From assembly GCA_034176745.1 (NCBI GenBank), contig JAXFTO010000057.1:6442-70441 (forward strand): a stretch of DNA of 64,000 nt. Reading direction: 5' to 3'. This document shows positions 1 through 9,137 of this stretch, one piece after another. The translations under genes were made by a program, and so were the position numbers. This DNA is from Bariatricus sp. (GTDB taxonomy: Bacteria > Bacillota > Clostridia > Lachnospirales > Lachnospiraceae). Position 1 is the first letter of the stretch. Every line of letters begins with the position of its first letter. A model generated the notes under the pieces. That model did no database searches. It saw only the letters and a list, made by a program, of their open reading frames with translations, and was not told the origin of the DNA.

Positions 1-11
1 TAGAGGACGAG

Positions 12-716
12 ATGGAATTATCAAAGAGACTTAAGGCTGTCGCGGAGCTGGTAACGCCCGGGATGCGGCTGGCAGATGTGGGGACCGATCATGGGTATAT
101 TCCTATTTATCTGACCGAGGCGGGTGTGATACCGTCGGCGATTGCCATGGATATTAATAAAGGTCCTCTTGAAAGGGCAAAGGAGCATATCCGGGAGCAC
201 GGACTGGAAGGAAAGATCCAGACGCGGCTGTCGGACGGGCTTAAAAACTTACAAATGAATGAAGCAGACTGTATGATCGCCGCCGGTATGGGCGGCGGTC
301 TTGTCATACGGATTCTTTCCGAGGGAAGAGATACGGCAGGATCGCTCAAAGAACTGATTCTGCAGCCGCAGTCGGAGATTGACAGCGTCAGAAAATACCT
401 GACCGAAGAAGGATACCGGATCGTGGCCGAAGACATGGTCTATGAGGATGGAAAATATTATCCGATGATGAAGGCAGTTCCATGCATGGCAGGTGCCGGG
501 GAAATACCGTATTCCGAAGAAGAACTGGAATTTGGACGGGTGCTTTTGCAGCAGGCACATCCGGTTCTCGGACAGTTTCTTGAACGGGAGATGGAAATCC
601 AGAACAGAATTTTATCTGCGCTCGAAAGTCAGGAATCCGTGCGTGCGAAGAAACGTATGGAAGAGATTTCCTATAGAATCGAATGGATCAGGGGAATTCT
701 GAATACGTATTATTAG
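12..716 (+). CDS. trmK: tRNA (adenine22-N1)-methyltransferase TrmK
   Basis: 234-aa ORF. The N-terminal KRL..VAELV..G..LADVGTDHGYIPIYL segment is typical of the TrmK/YqfN family. It is followed by a NIF3 gene, as in the Firmicute yqfN-yqfO pair. Confidence 0.85.
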   Translation: MELSKRLKAVAELVTPGMRLADVGTDHGYIPIYLTEAGVIPSAIAMDINKGPLERAKEHIREHGLEGKIQTRLSDGLKNLQMNEADCMIAAGMGGGLVIRILSEGRDTAGSLKELILQPQSEIDSVRKYLTEEGYRIVAEDMVYEDGKYYPMMKAVPCMAGAGEIPYSEEELEFGRVLLQQAHPVLGQFLEREMEIQNRILSALESQESVRAKKRMEEISYRIEWIRGILNTYY

Positions 717-728
717 GAGGTACATAGC

Positions 729-1499
729 GTGATTTGCAGGGAGATAATTGATACCATTGAAAAACGTTATCCGAAAGAATGTGCGATGGAATGGGATAAT
801 GTCGGACTTCTGGCGGGAAGATATGAGAAAGAGGTTGGGAAGATCTATATTGCGCTGGATGCGACCGATGAGGTGATTGAAGATGCGGCTTCATGGGGAG
901 CAGATATGCTGGTTACTCATCATCCTATGATTTTTAAAGCGTTAAAAAAAATCAATGATCAGAGTTTTATCGGACGCAGGGTAATCCGACTGATCCGAGA
1001 AGATATTGCATATTATGCTATGCATACAAATTATGATGTGATGGGAATGGCGGATCTTGCCGGAGAATTTATGGAGATGAAGGATCCTGAGATACTGGAG
1101 GAGACTTACCCGGACGAGGGGATCGGCAGAGTAGCTGACCTGAAGGAAGCGATGACTCTGGAGGAGTGCTGTGGTTTTGTCAAAGAACGTCTGGCACTGC
1201 CGAGTGTGAAAGTCTTCGGAGATCCGAAGAAAACGGTGAAGAGGATGGCTGTATCTCCGGGATCCGGAAAGAGCATGATCGGCCCTGCTCTGGCGAAAGG
1301 GGCGGATGTGCTTGTGACCGGTGATATCGATCATCATGAAGGAATCGATGCGCTGGCTCAGGGACTGGCAATCATCGATGCCGGGCATTATGGAACAGAG
1401 TATATTTTTATAGCAGATATGGAACAGTTTCTGAAAGAGCATTTTCCGGAGGCCGAGATCAGGACGGCTCCGGTCCGTCATCCGTTCTGGGTTATGTAA
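729..1499 (+). CDS. Nif3-like dinuclear metal-centre protein (YqfO family)
   Basis: GTG start about 10 nt after AGGAGG. Motifs EWDNVGLL, VTHHP and GDIDHHEG...AGHYGTE are characteristic of NIF3/GTP cyclohydrolase 1 type 2 homologues. Confidence 0.85.
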   Translation: MICREIIDTIEKRYPKECAMEWDNVGLLAGRYEKEVGKIYIALDATDEVIEDAASWGADMLVTHHPMIFKALKKINDQSFIGRRVIRLIREDIAYYAMHTNYDVMGMADLAGEFMEMKDPEILEETYPDEGIGRVADLKEAMTLEECCGFVKERLALPSVKVFGDPKKTVKRMAVSPGSGKSMIGPALAKGADVLVTGDIDHHEGIDALAQGLAIIDAGHYGTEYIFIADMEQFLKEHFPEAEIRTAPVRHPFWVM

Positions 1500-1543
1500 C
1501 GATCGGGAAACAGTTTTTTATGTCAATAAGGAGGTGCCGGAAG

Positions 1544-3211
1544 GTGGAGACGAAGCGTTATCAGGTTGAAATAAACGGTGAGAAAAGAGCGTATCCTGAG
1601 GGAACGACGTATCTTGAAATCGCAAAAGAATATCAGGATCAGTATGACAATGACATCGTGCTGGTATTTGTGAACGAAAAACTTCAGGAGTTGCGCAAGA
1701 AGGTGACGAAGGACTGCAGACTTCGGTTTGTAACAACCGGAGAGGAGCTGGGCAATATGGCCTACAGGCGCGGAGTCAGTTTTCTCCTCATAAAAGCGGT
1801 CTACGATGCAGCCGGGCATGAAAATGTGAAAAAAGTAAGGATCCATTATTCAGTCGATAAGGGATTTTATTTTACGCTTAAAGGGAACCTGTATCTGGAT
1901 CAGGAGCTGCTTGACAGAATCGAGAGCAGGATGCGCCAGATGGTGGAGATGGATCTGGAAATCGGAAAGCAGGGAATCCATACCGACGATGCGATCGAAA
2001 AATTCCACGAGTACGGTATGAAAGATAAGGAGAAGCTTTTCCATTACCGTCGGGTATCCCGGGTCAATCTTTACAGCATCAATGAATTTGAAGACTATTT
2101 TTACGGATATATGGTACCGTCTACGGGATATCTAAAATATTTCAAACTGTTTCTATACGACGAGGGATTCGTGGTACAGATGCCGGAAAAGGAAAACCCG
2201 AAGCTGGTTCCTCCTTTTAATCCGCAACACAAGCTTTTTCAAGTATTAAAGGAATCAACACAGGGCGGAGATCGGATGGGAATCGAGACAATCGGAGATC
2301 TCAACCATTTTGTGACCAGAGGAGATCCACAAGAGCTGATCCTGGTGCAGGAGGCACTTCAGGAGAAACGAATCGCACAGATCGCCGAGCAGATCGCTTC
2401 CCGGCCTGAGAAAAAGTTTGTTCTGATCGCAGGCCCGTCATCTTCCGGTAAGACCACATTTTCACACCGGCTTTCGGTGCAGCTTCGTGTCAACGGACTG
2501 GTGCCGCATCCAATTGCGGTGGATAATTATTTTCTGAATCGCTCGGAAACGCCGCTGGACGAGGAAGGAAAGCCGAATTATGAATGCCTTGAGGCAATCG
2601 ATGTGGCGCAATTCAATCTGGATCTTCAGGCTCTTCTGAATGGGGAGCGGGTGGAAATCCCATATTTCAACTTCAAGACCGGAAAACGGGAATATAAAGG
2701 AGATTACAAACAGCTTGGGGAAAATGATATTCTGGTGATTGAAGGAATTCATTGTCTGAATGATGCACTTACCAGAGAGCTTCCGAGAGAGCATAAATTC
2801 AAAATTTATATCAGCGCACTTACGCAGCTGAATATCGATGAGCACAATCGGATTCCGACGACGGACGGACGGCTTCTTCGAAGAATGGTGAGGGATGCGA
2901 GAACCCGCGGTACTTCTGCAAAGGATACGATCGCGATGTGGAAATCGGTGCGAAGAGGCGAGGATAACAACATTTTCCCGTATCAGGAAGAGGCGGATGT
3001 GATGTTTAACTCAGCATTGCTTTATGAGCTGGCGGTGCTGAAGGCTTATGCAGAGCCGATCCTGTTCGGAATTGATAAAAACTGCGAGGAATACCTGGAA
3101 GCCAAGAGGCTGCTTAAGTTTCTGGATTATGTTGTTGGGATCGGAAGTGAAAATATACCGCAGAACTCGATTTTAAGAGAGTTCATTGGCGGAGGATGTT
3201 TCGAAGTATAG
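1544..3211 (+). CDS. Uridine/nucleoside kinase-family protein with N-terminal TGS-like domain
   Basis: P-loop GPSSSGKTT and a uridine-kinase-like C-terminal half. The AAGGAGG at 1527-1533 favours the in-frame GTG at 1544 over the ORF-track ATG at 1520. Confidence 0.7.
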   Translation: METKRYQVEINGEKRAYPEGTTYLEIAKEYQDQYDNDIVLVFVNEKLQELRKKVTKDCRLRFVTTGEELGNMAYRRGVSFLLIKAVYDAAGHENVKKVRIHYSVDKGFYFTLKGNLYLDQELLDRIESRMRQMVEMDLEIGKQGIHTDDAIEKFHEYGMKDKEKLFHYRRVSRVNLYSINEFEDYFYGYMVPSTGYLKYFKLFLYDEGFVVQMPEKENPKLVPPFNPQHKLFQVLKESTQGGDRMGIETIGDLNHFVTRGDPQELILVQEALQEKRIAQIAEQIASRPEKKFVLIAGPSSSGKTTFSHRLSVQLRVNGLVPHPIAVDNYFLNRSETPLDEEGKPNYECLEAIDVAQFNLDLQALLNGERVEIPYFNFKTGKREYKGDYKQLGENDILVIEGIHCLNDALTRELPREHKFKIYISALTQLNIDEHNRIPTTDGRLLRRMVRDARTRGTSAKDTIAMWKSVRRGEDNNIFPYQEEADVMFNSALLYELAVLKAYAEPILFGIDKNCEEYLEAKRLLKFLDYVVGIGSENIPQNSILREFIGGGCFEV

Positions 3212-3235
3212 AAAATAGGAGTGAGAAAAAGAAAC

Positions 3236-3274
3236 GGGAGGCGTATTGCATTTATTGATGCGATACTGCCTCCC
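3236..3274. terminator. Shared hairpin between convergent genes (mainly terminates the aroC/rluA-family transcript)
   Basis: 16-bp stem GGGAGGCGTATTGCAT/ATGCGATACTGCCTCCC with one bulge. A T-rich tract follows on the minus strand. The minus-strand stop codon sits in the loop. Confidence 0.5.
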
Positions 3275-4193
3275 GAAATTCATGACAGAGGACCATATCG
3301 TCCGGGAGCGGAGAGCGGAAATCCATCTTGGTTCCGGTAATCGGATGACGGAAGGTGAGGCGATAGGAATGGAGAGCCTGGCGGCCGATCACGGAATAAT
3401 CCGGATTGTACAGAAAATCACCGGGGAGAGGATGCCCGATGTGTTTCATGTGTACCCGGATTTGGTGGGTCCGTCCGGTTTCCAGCGACAGGGCGGCAAG
3501 TGAATACTCTTTACCGGTTCCGGGAACGGTCGTATGGGCAAGCCGTTTAAAATGTGTACGCGCAGGCTCTCCGTTTTCGACATTTACTTCGCGCTCAATG
3601 GTGGAGCCTTCACAGCGCCCGATCGGGGCATCAACGGTTCCACATTCGGGAAGCAATCCTTCCACAACCGCGCGGTATTCGCGGTGGATTTCACGTCTGG
3701 CGACCATGGCGGACAGAAGCGAAGCGCTGTACATGTGGCGGGCCAGAATCAGCAGCCCGGTCGTATCGCGGTCCAGTCGGTTAATGCAGCGGTAGGTGAA
3801 GGGTTCGTTTTTTTGAGAAAAATACCAGGCACAGGCATTTGCCAGCGTATTGTCGTAATTTCCCTGGGAGGGATGGATCGGCATGTTGGCAGGCTTATCG
3901 ATCACGAGCAGATCCTCATCTTCGTAGACAATGGAAAGCGGAAGCGGAACCGGAAGGATGTTTTGGGAAGAAGTGTCTTCCGTGAGCTGAATGGTCAGCA
4001 TATCGCCCGGCATGAGGGGATCGTGAATATGTGCCCAGGTTCCGTTTCGGCAGATCCCGTTTTCTGTTTCTTTCAGATGGCGGATGACAGCAGAAGAATA
4101 CCCATGGGCTTTTAAAAACCCATGGATATGATTGGCATTTTTTGTCTGTAATGTTGTTTCTGTAATCTGATATTCAAGAATTCGTTTCCACAT
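3252..4193 (-). CDS. RluA-family 23S rRNA/tRNA pseudouridine synthase
   Basis: Catalytic motif NRLDRDTTGLLILA and the HQIRVH motif. It lies 17 nt downstream of aroC on the same strand. Confidence 0.85.
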   Translation of the reverse strand: MWKRILEYQITETTLQTKNANHIHGFLKAHGYSSAVIRHLKETENGICRNGTWAHIHDPLMPGDMLTIQLTEDTSSQNILPVPLPLSIVYEDEDLLVIDKPANMPIHPSQGNYDNTLANACAWYFSQKNEPFTYRCINRLDRDTTGLLILARHMYSASLLSAMVARREIHREYRAVVEGLLPECGTVDAPIGRCEGSTIEREVNVENGEPARTHFKRLAHTTVPGTGKEYSLAALSLETGRTHQIRVHMKHIGHPLPGDFLYNPDYSVIGRQALHSYRLTFRHPITGTKMDFRSPLPDDMVLCHEFREAVSHQ

Positions 4194-4210
4194 AGAGAAA
4201 ATGCTCCCTT

Positions 4211-5314
4211 CTACCTTTGGTAGAACTCACTGATTTTGTCCATCCGCGCGCACATATTGGTGAAGAGCAGATCAACGATTGTGATGGCTGCCATTGCCTC
4301 AACCACAACGACGGCACGCGGTACAATGACCGGGTCATGGCGGCCGGTTATGGAGAGAGAGACATTTTCCCCATCTTTATTTACAGACTGCTGTTCACGA
4401 GAAATCGAAGGGGTCGGCTTTACGGCAGCGCGGAAAAGGATTCGGCTTCCGTCGCTCATGCCTCCAAGCGTGCCGCCTGCGTGGTTGGTAAGTTTGGTAA
4501 GAGCTCCGTTTTCATCGTAACGGAACGGGTCGTTATTTGTACTTCCGTTTGATTCGGAAACAGAGAAACCGTCTCCGATCTCAAAGCCTCTGACAGCACC
4601 GATGGAGAGGATGCTCTTCGCAAGATTGGCCTCCAGCTTATCGAATACGGTATCTCCGATTCCTGCAGGCATTCCGGTAATAGAACATTCAATGATGCCG
4701 CCGGCAGAATCCTGATCCTCCATGCATTTTGAAAGATATTCGGAAGCCTTTGAAGCATAGACGGCATTGGGCATGTAGAGCGGGTTCTCGAAAACCTGGT
4801 TAAAATCATATTCCGCTTCGGGAATCATATAAGGGCCGATTGCCTTTGTGTAAGCATGCACTTCGATTCCAAGAGTATTCAGAATTTTGCAGGCTACGGC
4901 GCCTGCCGCCACACGTCCTGCGGTCTCCCGCCCGGAAGAACGTCCGCCGCCGCGATAGTCACGGAAGCCGTATTTGGCATCGAAAGTGTAGTCCGCGTGT
5001 CCGGGACGGTATACGTTCATGATATTACCGTAATCACGGGAGCGTTGGTCCTGATTGCGGATCTCGATGGAAATCGGCGTCCCGGTCGTCTTTCCCTCGA
5101 ATACACCGGATAAAATTTCTGCGGTATCGCCCTCATTACGTTTCGTTGTGAATTTACTCTGCCCCGGTTTTCTTCTATCTAAATAGATCTGAATGTCTTC
5201 TTCAGAAAGCGGAAGTCCGGCGGGACATCCGTCGATCACGACGCCGATCCCCTTTCCATGTGATTCGCCCCAGGTTGAGATCTGAAATAATTTACCATAA
5301 ATGGAACCTGCCAT
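4211..5314 (-). CDS. aroC: Chorismate synthase
   Basis: MAGSIYGKLFQISTWGESHGKGIGVVIDGCPAG is the canonical AroC N-terminus. Start trimmed to the ATG at 5314; the ORF-track start at 5371 adds 19 non-homologous residues. Confidence 0.95.
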   Translation of the reverse strand: MAGSIYGKLFQISTWGESHGKGIGVVIDGCPAGLPLSEEDIQIYLDRRKPGQSKFTTKRNEGDTAEILSGVFEGKTTGTPISIEIRNQDQRSRDYGNIMNVYRPGHADYTFDAKYGFRDYRGGGRSSGRETAGRVAAGAVACKILNTLGIEVHAYTKAIGPYMIPEAEYDFNQVFENPLYMPNAVYASKASEYLSKCMEDQDSAGGIIECSITGMPAGIGDTVFDKLEANLAKSILSIGAVRGFEIGDGFSVSESNGSTNNDPFRYDENGALTKLTNHAGGTLGGMSDGSRILFRAAVKPTPSISREQQSVNKDGENVSLSITGRHDPVIVPRAVVVVEAMAAITIVDLLFTNMCARMDKISEFYQR

Positions 5315-5412
5315 TTGATACACCAAGCCTTTCTTTTTGAGTATGTGAATACGGGAAAAGGATATTCCCAATATTGTTTTTTGGTTTGACGGGCGGGGCC
5401 TGTCTACATGAC

Positions 5413-5441
5413 AGTATAATGGAAGAAAAGTTGGGACGCAA
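5413..5441 (-). promoter_or_regulatory. Sigma-A-type promoter upstream of aroC
   Basis: Minus strand reads TTGCGT, 17-nt spacer, TATACT. Confidence 0.45.
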
Positions 5442-5548
5442 GCAATCTTAATAATTTATTAAGGAAAAAAGGGAGTTTTGTATTGTATTTGGGAATGAGT
5501 TCGTATTATAATAACCACATATTGAGTTTAGAGGGAGCAATTATCTGA

Positions 5549-7438
5549 ATGGGTGATAAGGATATGAAAATGACAGAAGAGAATACAGAGAAGAACGCAG
5601 AGCTTATCATGGAAGAGACGATGAAAGAAATCTACGATGAGGTGAACAGGAATGAAGAAGAGGGGTCTGTCCGGCAACATAAAAAAGTGGAAAAAGCGGG
5701 CAAAACGAATCGGAAGAAAGCATCGGATCGCTCAGGCAGCCATTTATCTGTGGATGACCTGGGTTCTTCGCAGACCGCAGGTCGGGATAAGAAGGCTGAT
5801 AAGAAGAATGAAGAAGACTCGTTAGAGGTGAAGTACAAGGCACAGCGTGGCCGGAAGGTGAAGAAAGAGAAAAGAAAACCACTTCCGGAGGAGGAATATG
5901 AGGAAGAACTCCTGCTGGATGCAAAGGACGGCGAAGAGCTGGAGCCGGTATTGAGTGCGGAAGATGGAGAAGCTTTTGAAGAGGAGTTTGACGACAGCTT
6001 CGATGAGGAAGAAGAAACCGATGAGGAGAAGGCTGAGCGCCGCAGAAAGCGGAAGAAGGTCGCAAAGATCGTGCTGGCGTCGATCCTGGGAGTTACAGCG
6101 GCTGTTTATCTGGGGTTTGCGTTCTTTTTCATGAGTCATTTTCAGTTCCAGACCACGATTAACGGAACAGACCACGCACTTGAATCCGTCAGCGATGTGG
6201 AAAATTACATGAAGGAACAGGTGGCGGGCTACACGCTTACATTGCATGAGTCTGACGGAGATACGGAGACGATCAGTGGCAGCGAGATTGATCTTACTTA
6301 TAAAAAAGGTGAAGAACTGGAGAAGCTTCTGAAAGAACAGAATGCCTTTTTGTGGCCGATGAGCCTCTGGAAAGCGCCTGAGATCACAGCTTCAATCGGG
6401 GTGGAGTATGACAGCGCGAAGCTGACCGGGGTTCTGGACGGACTTGCGTGCATGAAAGAGGAAAATCAGCAGGCACCGGTTTCCGCGATTCCGGAATACA
6501 ACGGGACAGAATTCGTGGTTAAGAAAGAAGAAACAGGATCTCAGATTAACCGTGAAGTATTTGAGGTAAAGGTCAGCGAATATATTGCCGGTTTTCTTCC
6601 GGAGATGGATATGACGGAAGAAGAGTGCTATGTGAAACCGCAGTTTACGGAGCAGTCCCAGGAAGTCATTGATGCATGTTCGGCGATGAATAAATATCTG
6701 ACTGCAAGTATTACCTATACATTCGGTTCTTCAACCGAAGTGGTCGATAAAGAACTGATCTCACAGTGGGTGAAGGTGGATGGGAATATGTCCGTCACCT
6801 TTGACACGGATCAGGTGGCTGAATACATCAAAGGGCTTGCAAGTAAATATAATACGTATGGAAGACAGCGTACGTTTACGGCGGGAAATGGAAATACAGT
6901 CAATGTAGAAGGCGGAGATTACGGATGGTCGATTGACCGGGATGCGGAATATGAGGCACTTGTTGCCAGTATCCAGAAGGGAGAGACTGTGACGAAGGAG
7001 CCTGCATACAGGACAACGGCGGCGACACACGACGGCCCTGACTGGGGGAATACGTATGTGGAAGTGGATCTCACAAACCAGTATTTGTATTTGTTCGTTA
7101 ACGGAGCGGTCGTAACCCAGGGACCGATTGTTACGGGACTTCCGAGCAGGGGCGATGCGACGCCGCAGGGAGTTTATTACATTAAGTATTGCCAGAGAAA
7201 TGCGACGCTTCGAGGACCGAAGCAGCCGGACGGCACATACGAGTGGGAATCACCGGTATCTTTCTGGATGCCGTTTAACGGAGGAATCGGGCTGCATGAT
7301 GCACCGTGGCAGGCTGCGTTCGGAGGAACCCGCTATCTGACACACGGTTCAAGGGGATGTGTGAACCTTCCGTACAGTGTAGCGGAGACTGTATTTAACA
7401 ACGTGTCAGCTGGGACACCGGTCGTGTGTCACTATTAA
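5549..7438 (+). CDS. L,D-transpeptidase (YkuD domain) with acidic/basic N-terminal region and single TM anchor
   Basis: The C-terminal YkuD catalytic region reads ...GLHDAPWQ...THGSRGCVNLP. A VanW/PG-binding-like middle region is present. Residues 1-175 are a K/E-rich low-complexity tract ending in RRRKRKK plus a TM helix. Confidence 0.8.
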   Translation: MGDKDMKMTEENTEKNAELIMEETMKEIYDEVNRNEEEGSVRQHKKVEKAGKTNRKKASDRSGSHLSVDDLGSSQTAGRDKKADKKNEEDSLEVKYKAQRGRKVKKEKRKPLPEEEYEEELLLDAKDGEELEPVLSAEDGEAFEEEFDDSFDEEEETDEEKAERRRKRKKVAKIVLASILGVTAAVYLGFAFFFMSHFQFQTTINGTDHALESVSDVENYMKEQVAGYTLTLHESDGDTETISGSEIDLTYKKGEELEKLLKEQNAFLWPMSLWKAPEITASIGVEYDSAKLTGVLDGLACMKEENQQAPVSAIPEYNGTEFVVKKEETGSQINREVFEVKVSEYIAGFLPEMDMTEEECYVKPQFTEQSQEVIDACSAMNKYLTASITYTFGSSTEVVDKELISQWVKVDGNMSVTFDTDQVAEYIKGLASKYNTYGRQRTFTAGNGNTVNVEGGDYGWSIDRDAEYEALVASIQKGETVTKEPAYRTTAATHDGPDWGNTYVEVDLTNQYLYLFVNGAVVTQGPIVTGLPSRGDATPQGVYYIKYCQRNATLRGPKQPDGTYEWESPVSFWMPFNGGIGLHDAPWQAAFGGTRYLTHGSRGCVNLPYSVAETVFNNVSAGTPVVCHY

Positions 7439-7509
7439 AACAAAATCATATGAAATGAATGGATTCAGGACGACAGGAATGCCGTCCTGATACGTTGAAA
7501 GAGGGTATT

Positions 7510-8643
7510 ATGTACGAATTAATAAAAAGAGACGGTCTTGCCAAAAGAGGAAGACTCCACACGGTTCACGGAGTGATCGAGACTCCGGTGTTTATGAATG
7601 TCGGTACCGTGGCGGCTATCAAGGGAGCAGTGTCTACAGCGGATCTTCAGGAGATCGGAACGCAGGTGGAACTTTCGAACACTTATCATCTGCATGTGCG
7701 TCCGGGGGATCAGGTGATCCGGAAGCTTGGAGGACTGCATAAATTTATGGTATGGGACAAGCCGATCCTTACGGATTCCGGTGGATTTCAGGTGTTTTCG
7801 CTGGCAGGTCTTAGAAAGATCAAAGAAGAGGGCGTGTATTTCCAGTCCCACATCGATGGAAGAAAGATTTTCATGGGGCCGGAAGAGAGCATGCAGATCC
7901 AGTCGAATCTGGCATCCACGATCGCGATGGCATTTGACGAATGTCCGTCGAGTGTGGCGACAAGAGAATATATTCAGGCTTCTGTGGACCGGACAACGAG
8001 ATGGCTGGCGCGCTGTAAGAAGGAGATGGAGCGTTTGAATTCCCTTGAGGATACGATCAACCGGCAGCAGATGCTGTTCGGGATCAATCAGGGAGCCATT
8101 TATGAGGATATCCGGGTGGAACACGCGCAACAAATCGCCGAAATGGATCTGGATGGGTATGCAATCGGCGGACTTGCAGTCGGTGAGTCTCATGAAGAGA
8201 TGTACCGCATTCTTGACGCAGTCGTTCCGCATCTTCCGCTTAACAAGCCGACCTATCTGATGGGAGTGGGAACTCCGGCCAATATTCTGGAAGCGGTGGA
8301 CAGAGGAGTGGATTTCTTTGACTGTGTCTACCCGAGCAGAAACGGAAGGCACGGGCATGTTTATACCAGACATGGAAAATTGAATCTGTTTAATGCGAAA
8401 TATGAGCTGGATACCCGGCCGATTGAAGAGGGATGCCAGTGCCCGGCGTGCCGGAAGTATTCAAGAGCATATATCCGTCATCTGTTGAAAGCAAAAGAAA
8501 TGCTGGGAATGAGGCTTTGCGTTCTGCACAATCTGTATTACTATAATCACCTGATGGAGCAGATCCGGGATGCCATCGACGAAGGAAGATACAGCCAGTT
8601 TAAGGCCGAAACGCTTCGTGCGATGGAAGAGAAAGAAGACTAA
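7510..8643 (+). CDS. tgt: tRNA-guanine transglycosylase (queuine tRNA-ribosyltransferase)
   Basis: Strong full-length Tgt similarity (MYELIKRDG.AKRGRL.T.HG, DSGGFQ, zinc motif CxCxxC...H). ATG at 7510 lies after GAAAGAGGG. Confidence 0.95.
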   Translation: MYELIKRDGLAKRGRLHTVHGVIETPVFMNVGTVAAIKGAVSTADLQEIGTQVELSNTYHLHVRPGDQVIRKLGGLHKFMVWDKPILTDSGGFQVFSLAGLRKIKEEGVYFQSHIDGRKIFMGPEESMQIQSNLASTIAMAFDECPSSVATREYIQASVDRTTRWLARCKKEMERLNSLEDTINRQQMLFGINQGAIYEDIRVEHAQQIAEMDLDGYAIGGLAVGESHEEMYRILDAVVPHLPLNKPTYLMGVGTPANILEAVDRGVDFFDCVYPSRNGRHGHVYTRHGKLNLFNAKYELDTRPIEEGCQCPACRKYSRAYIRHLLKAKEMLGMRLCVLHNLYYYNHLMEQIRDAIDEGRYSQFKAETLRAMEEKED

Positions 8644-8688
8644 ATGATAGTAAAATCAGAAAAATCCGGATGAAATTGTGAAAATCAC

Positions 8689-8717
8689 TTGATGAAATCC
8701 AAGTTATTGTGTATGAT
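8689..8717 (+). promoter_or_regulatory. Sigma-A-type promoter upstream of yajC
   Basis: TTGATG, 17-nt spacer, TATGAT. Confidence 0.45.
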
Positions 8718-8753
8718 AGCAATAGCGTTTATGAAGATTTAGGAGGAAGTAAC

Positions 8754-9032
8754 ATGAATAATTTAGTAATTATTGCAGTTTATGCATTGTTCTTTGGTGG
8801 GCTCTGGTTCCTGTTGATCCGTCCTCAGAAGAAAGAGCAGAAGAGAGTACAGCTTATGCTTTCAGAACTTGAAGTAGGAGATACGATTCTTACAACGAGT
8901 GGATTTTACGGTGTTGTGATTGATATTACCGAGAATGATGTGATTGTTGAATTCGGAAGCAACAAGAACTGCCGTATCCCGATGCAGAAGCAGGCTATTA
9001 TGCAGGTTGAAAAGCCGGGAGCAGCTCAGTAG
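8754..9032 (+). CDS. yajC: Preprotein translocase subunit YajC
   Basis: 92-aa protein with one N-terminal TM helix and the RPQKK.QK motif. AGGAGG precedes the ATG at 8754. tgt-yajC adjacency is conserved. Confidence 0.85.
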   Translation: MNNLVIIAVYALFFGGLWFLLIRPQKKEQKRVQLMLSELEVGDTILTTSGFYGVVIDITENDVIVEFGSNKNCRIPMQKQAIMQVEKPGAAQ

Positions 9033-9044
9033 TGCTGTAAGGGT

Positions 9045-9078
9045 GAAAAAAGCATTGCATGTTTATGCAGTGCTTTTA
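9045..9078 (+). terminator. Intrinsic terminator after yajC
   Basis: AAAAAGCATTGCAT-GTTT-ATGCAGTGCTTTT hairpin followed by a T-run. Confidence 0.7.
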
Positions 9079-9091
9079 AAATATATTAATT

Positions 9092-9115
9092 GGAAACGTT
9101 ACCGATAACGTTTCC
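9092..9115 (+). promoter_or_regulatory. Candidate LacI-family operator upstream of malQ
   Basis: Perfect 10-bp inverted repeat GGAAACGTTA-CCGA-TAACGTTTCC. Each arm contains the CG-centred palindrome AACGTT typical of LacI/CcpA-type sites. It lies 22 nt upstream of the malQ start, and the LacI gene follows malQ. Confidence 0.5.
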
Positions 9116-9137
9116 GGAAAGAGTAAGAGGTGCAGAT

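Noticed and set aside
7465-7490. The TCAGGACG/CGTCCTGA hairpin between the L,D-transpeptidase gene and tgt, considered as a terminator
   Set aside because: There is no T-run after the stem, and it lies only 20 nt before the tgt start. That is insufficient to call a terminator.
7519-8373. A 284-codon antisense ORF inside tgt
   Set aside because: Same reasoning: it is opposite a highly conserved gene, has no SD, and its composition is unprotein-like.
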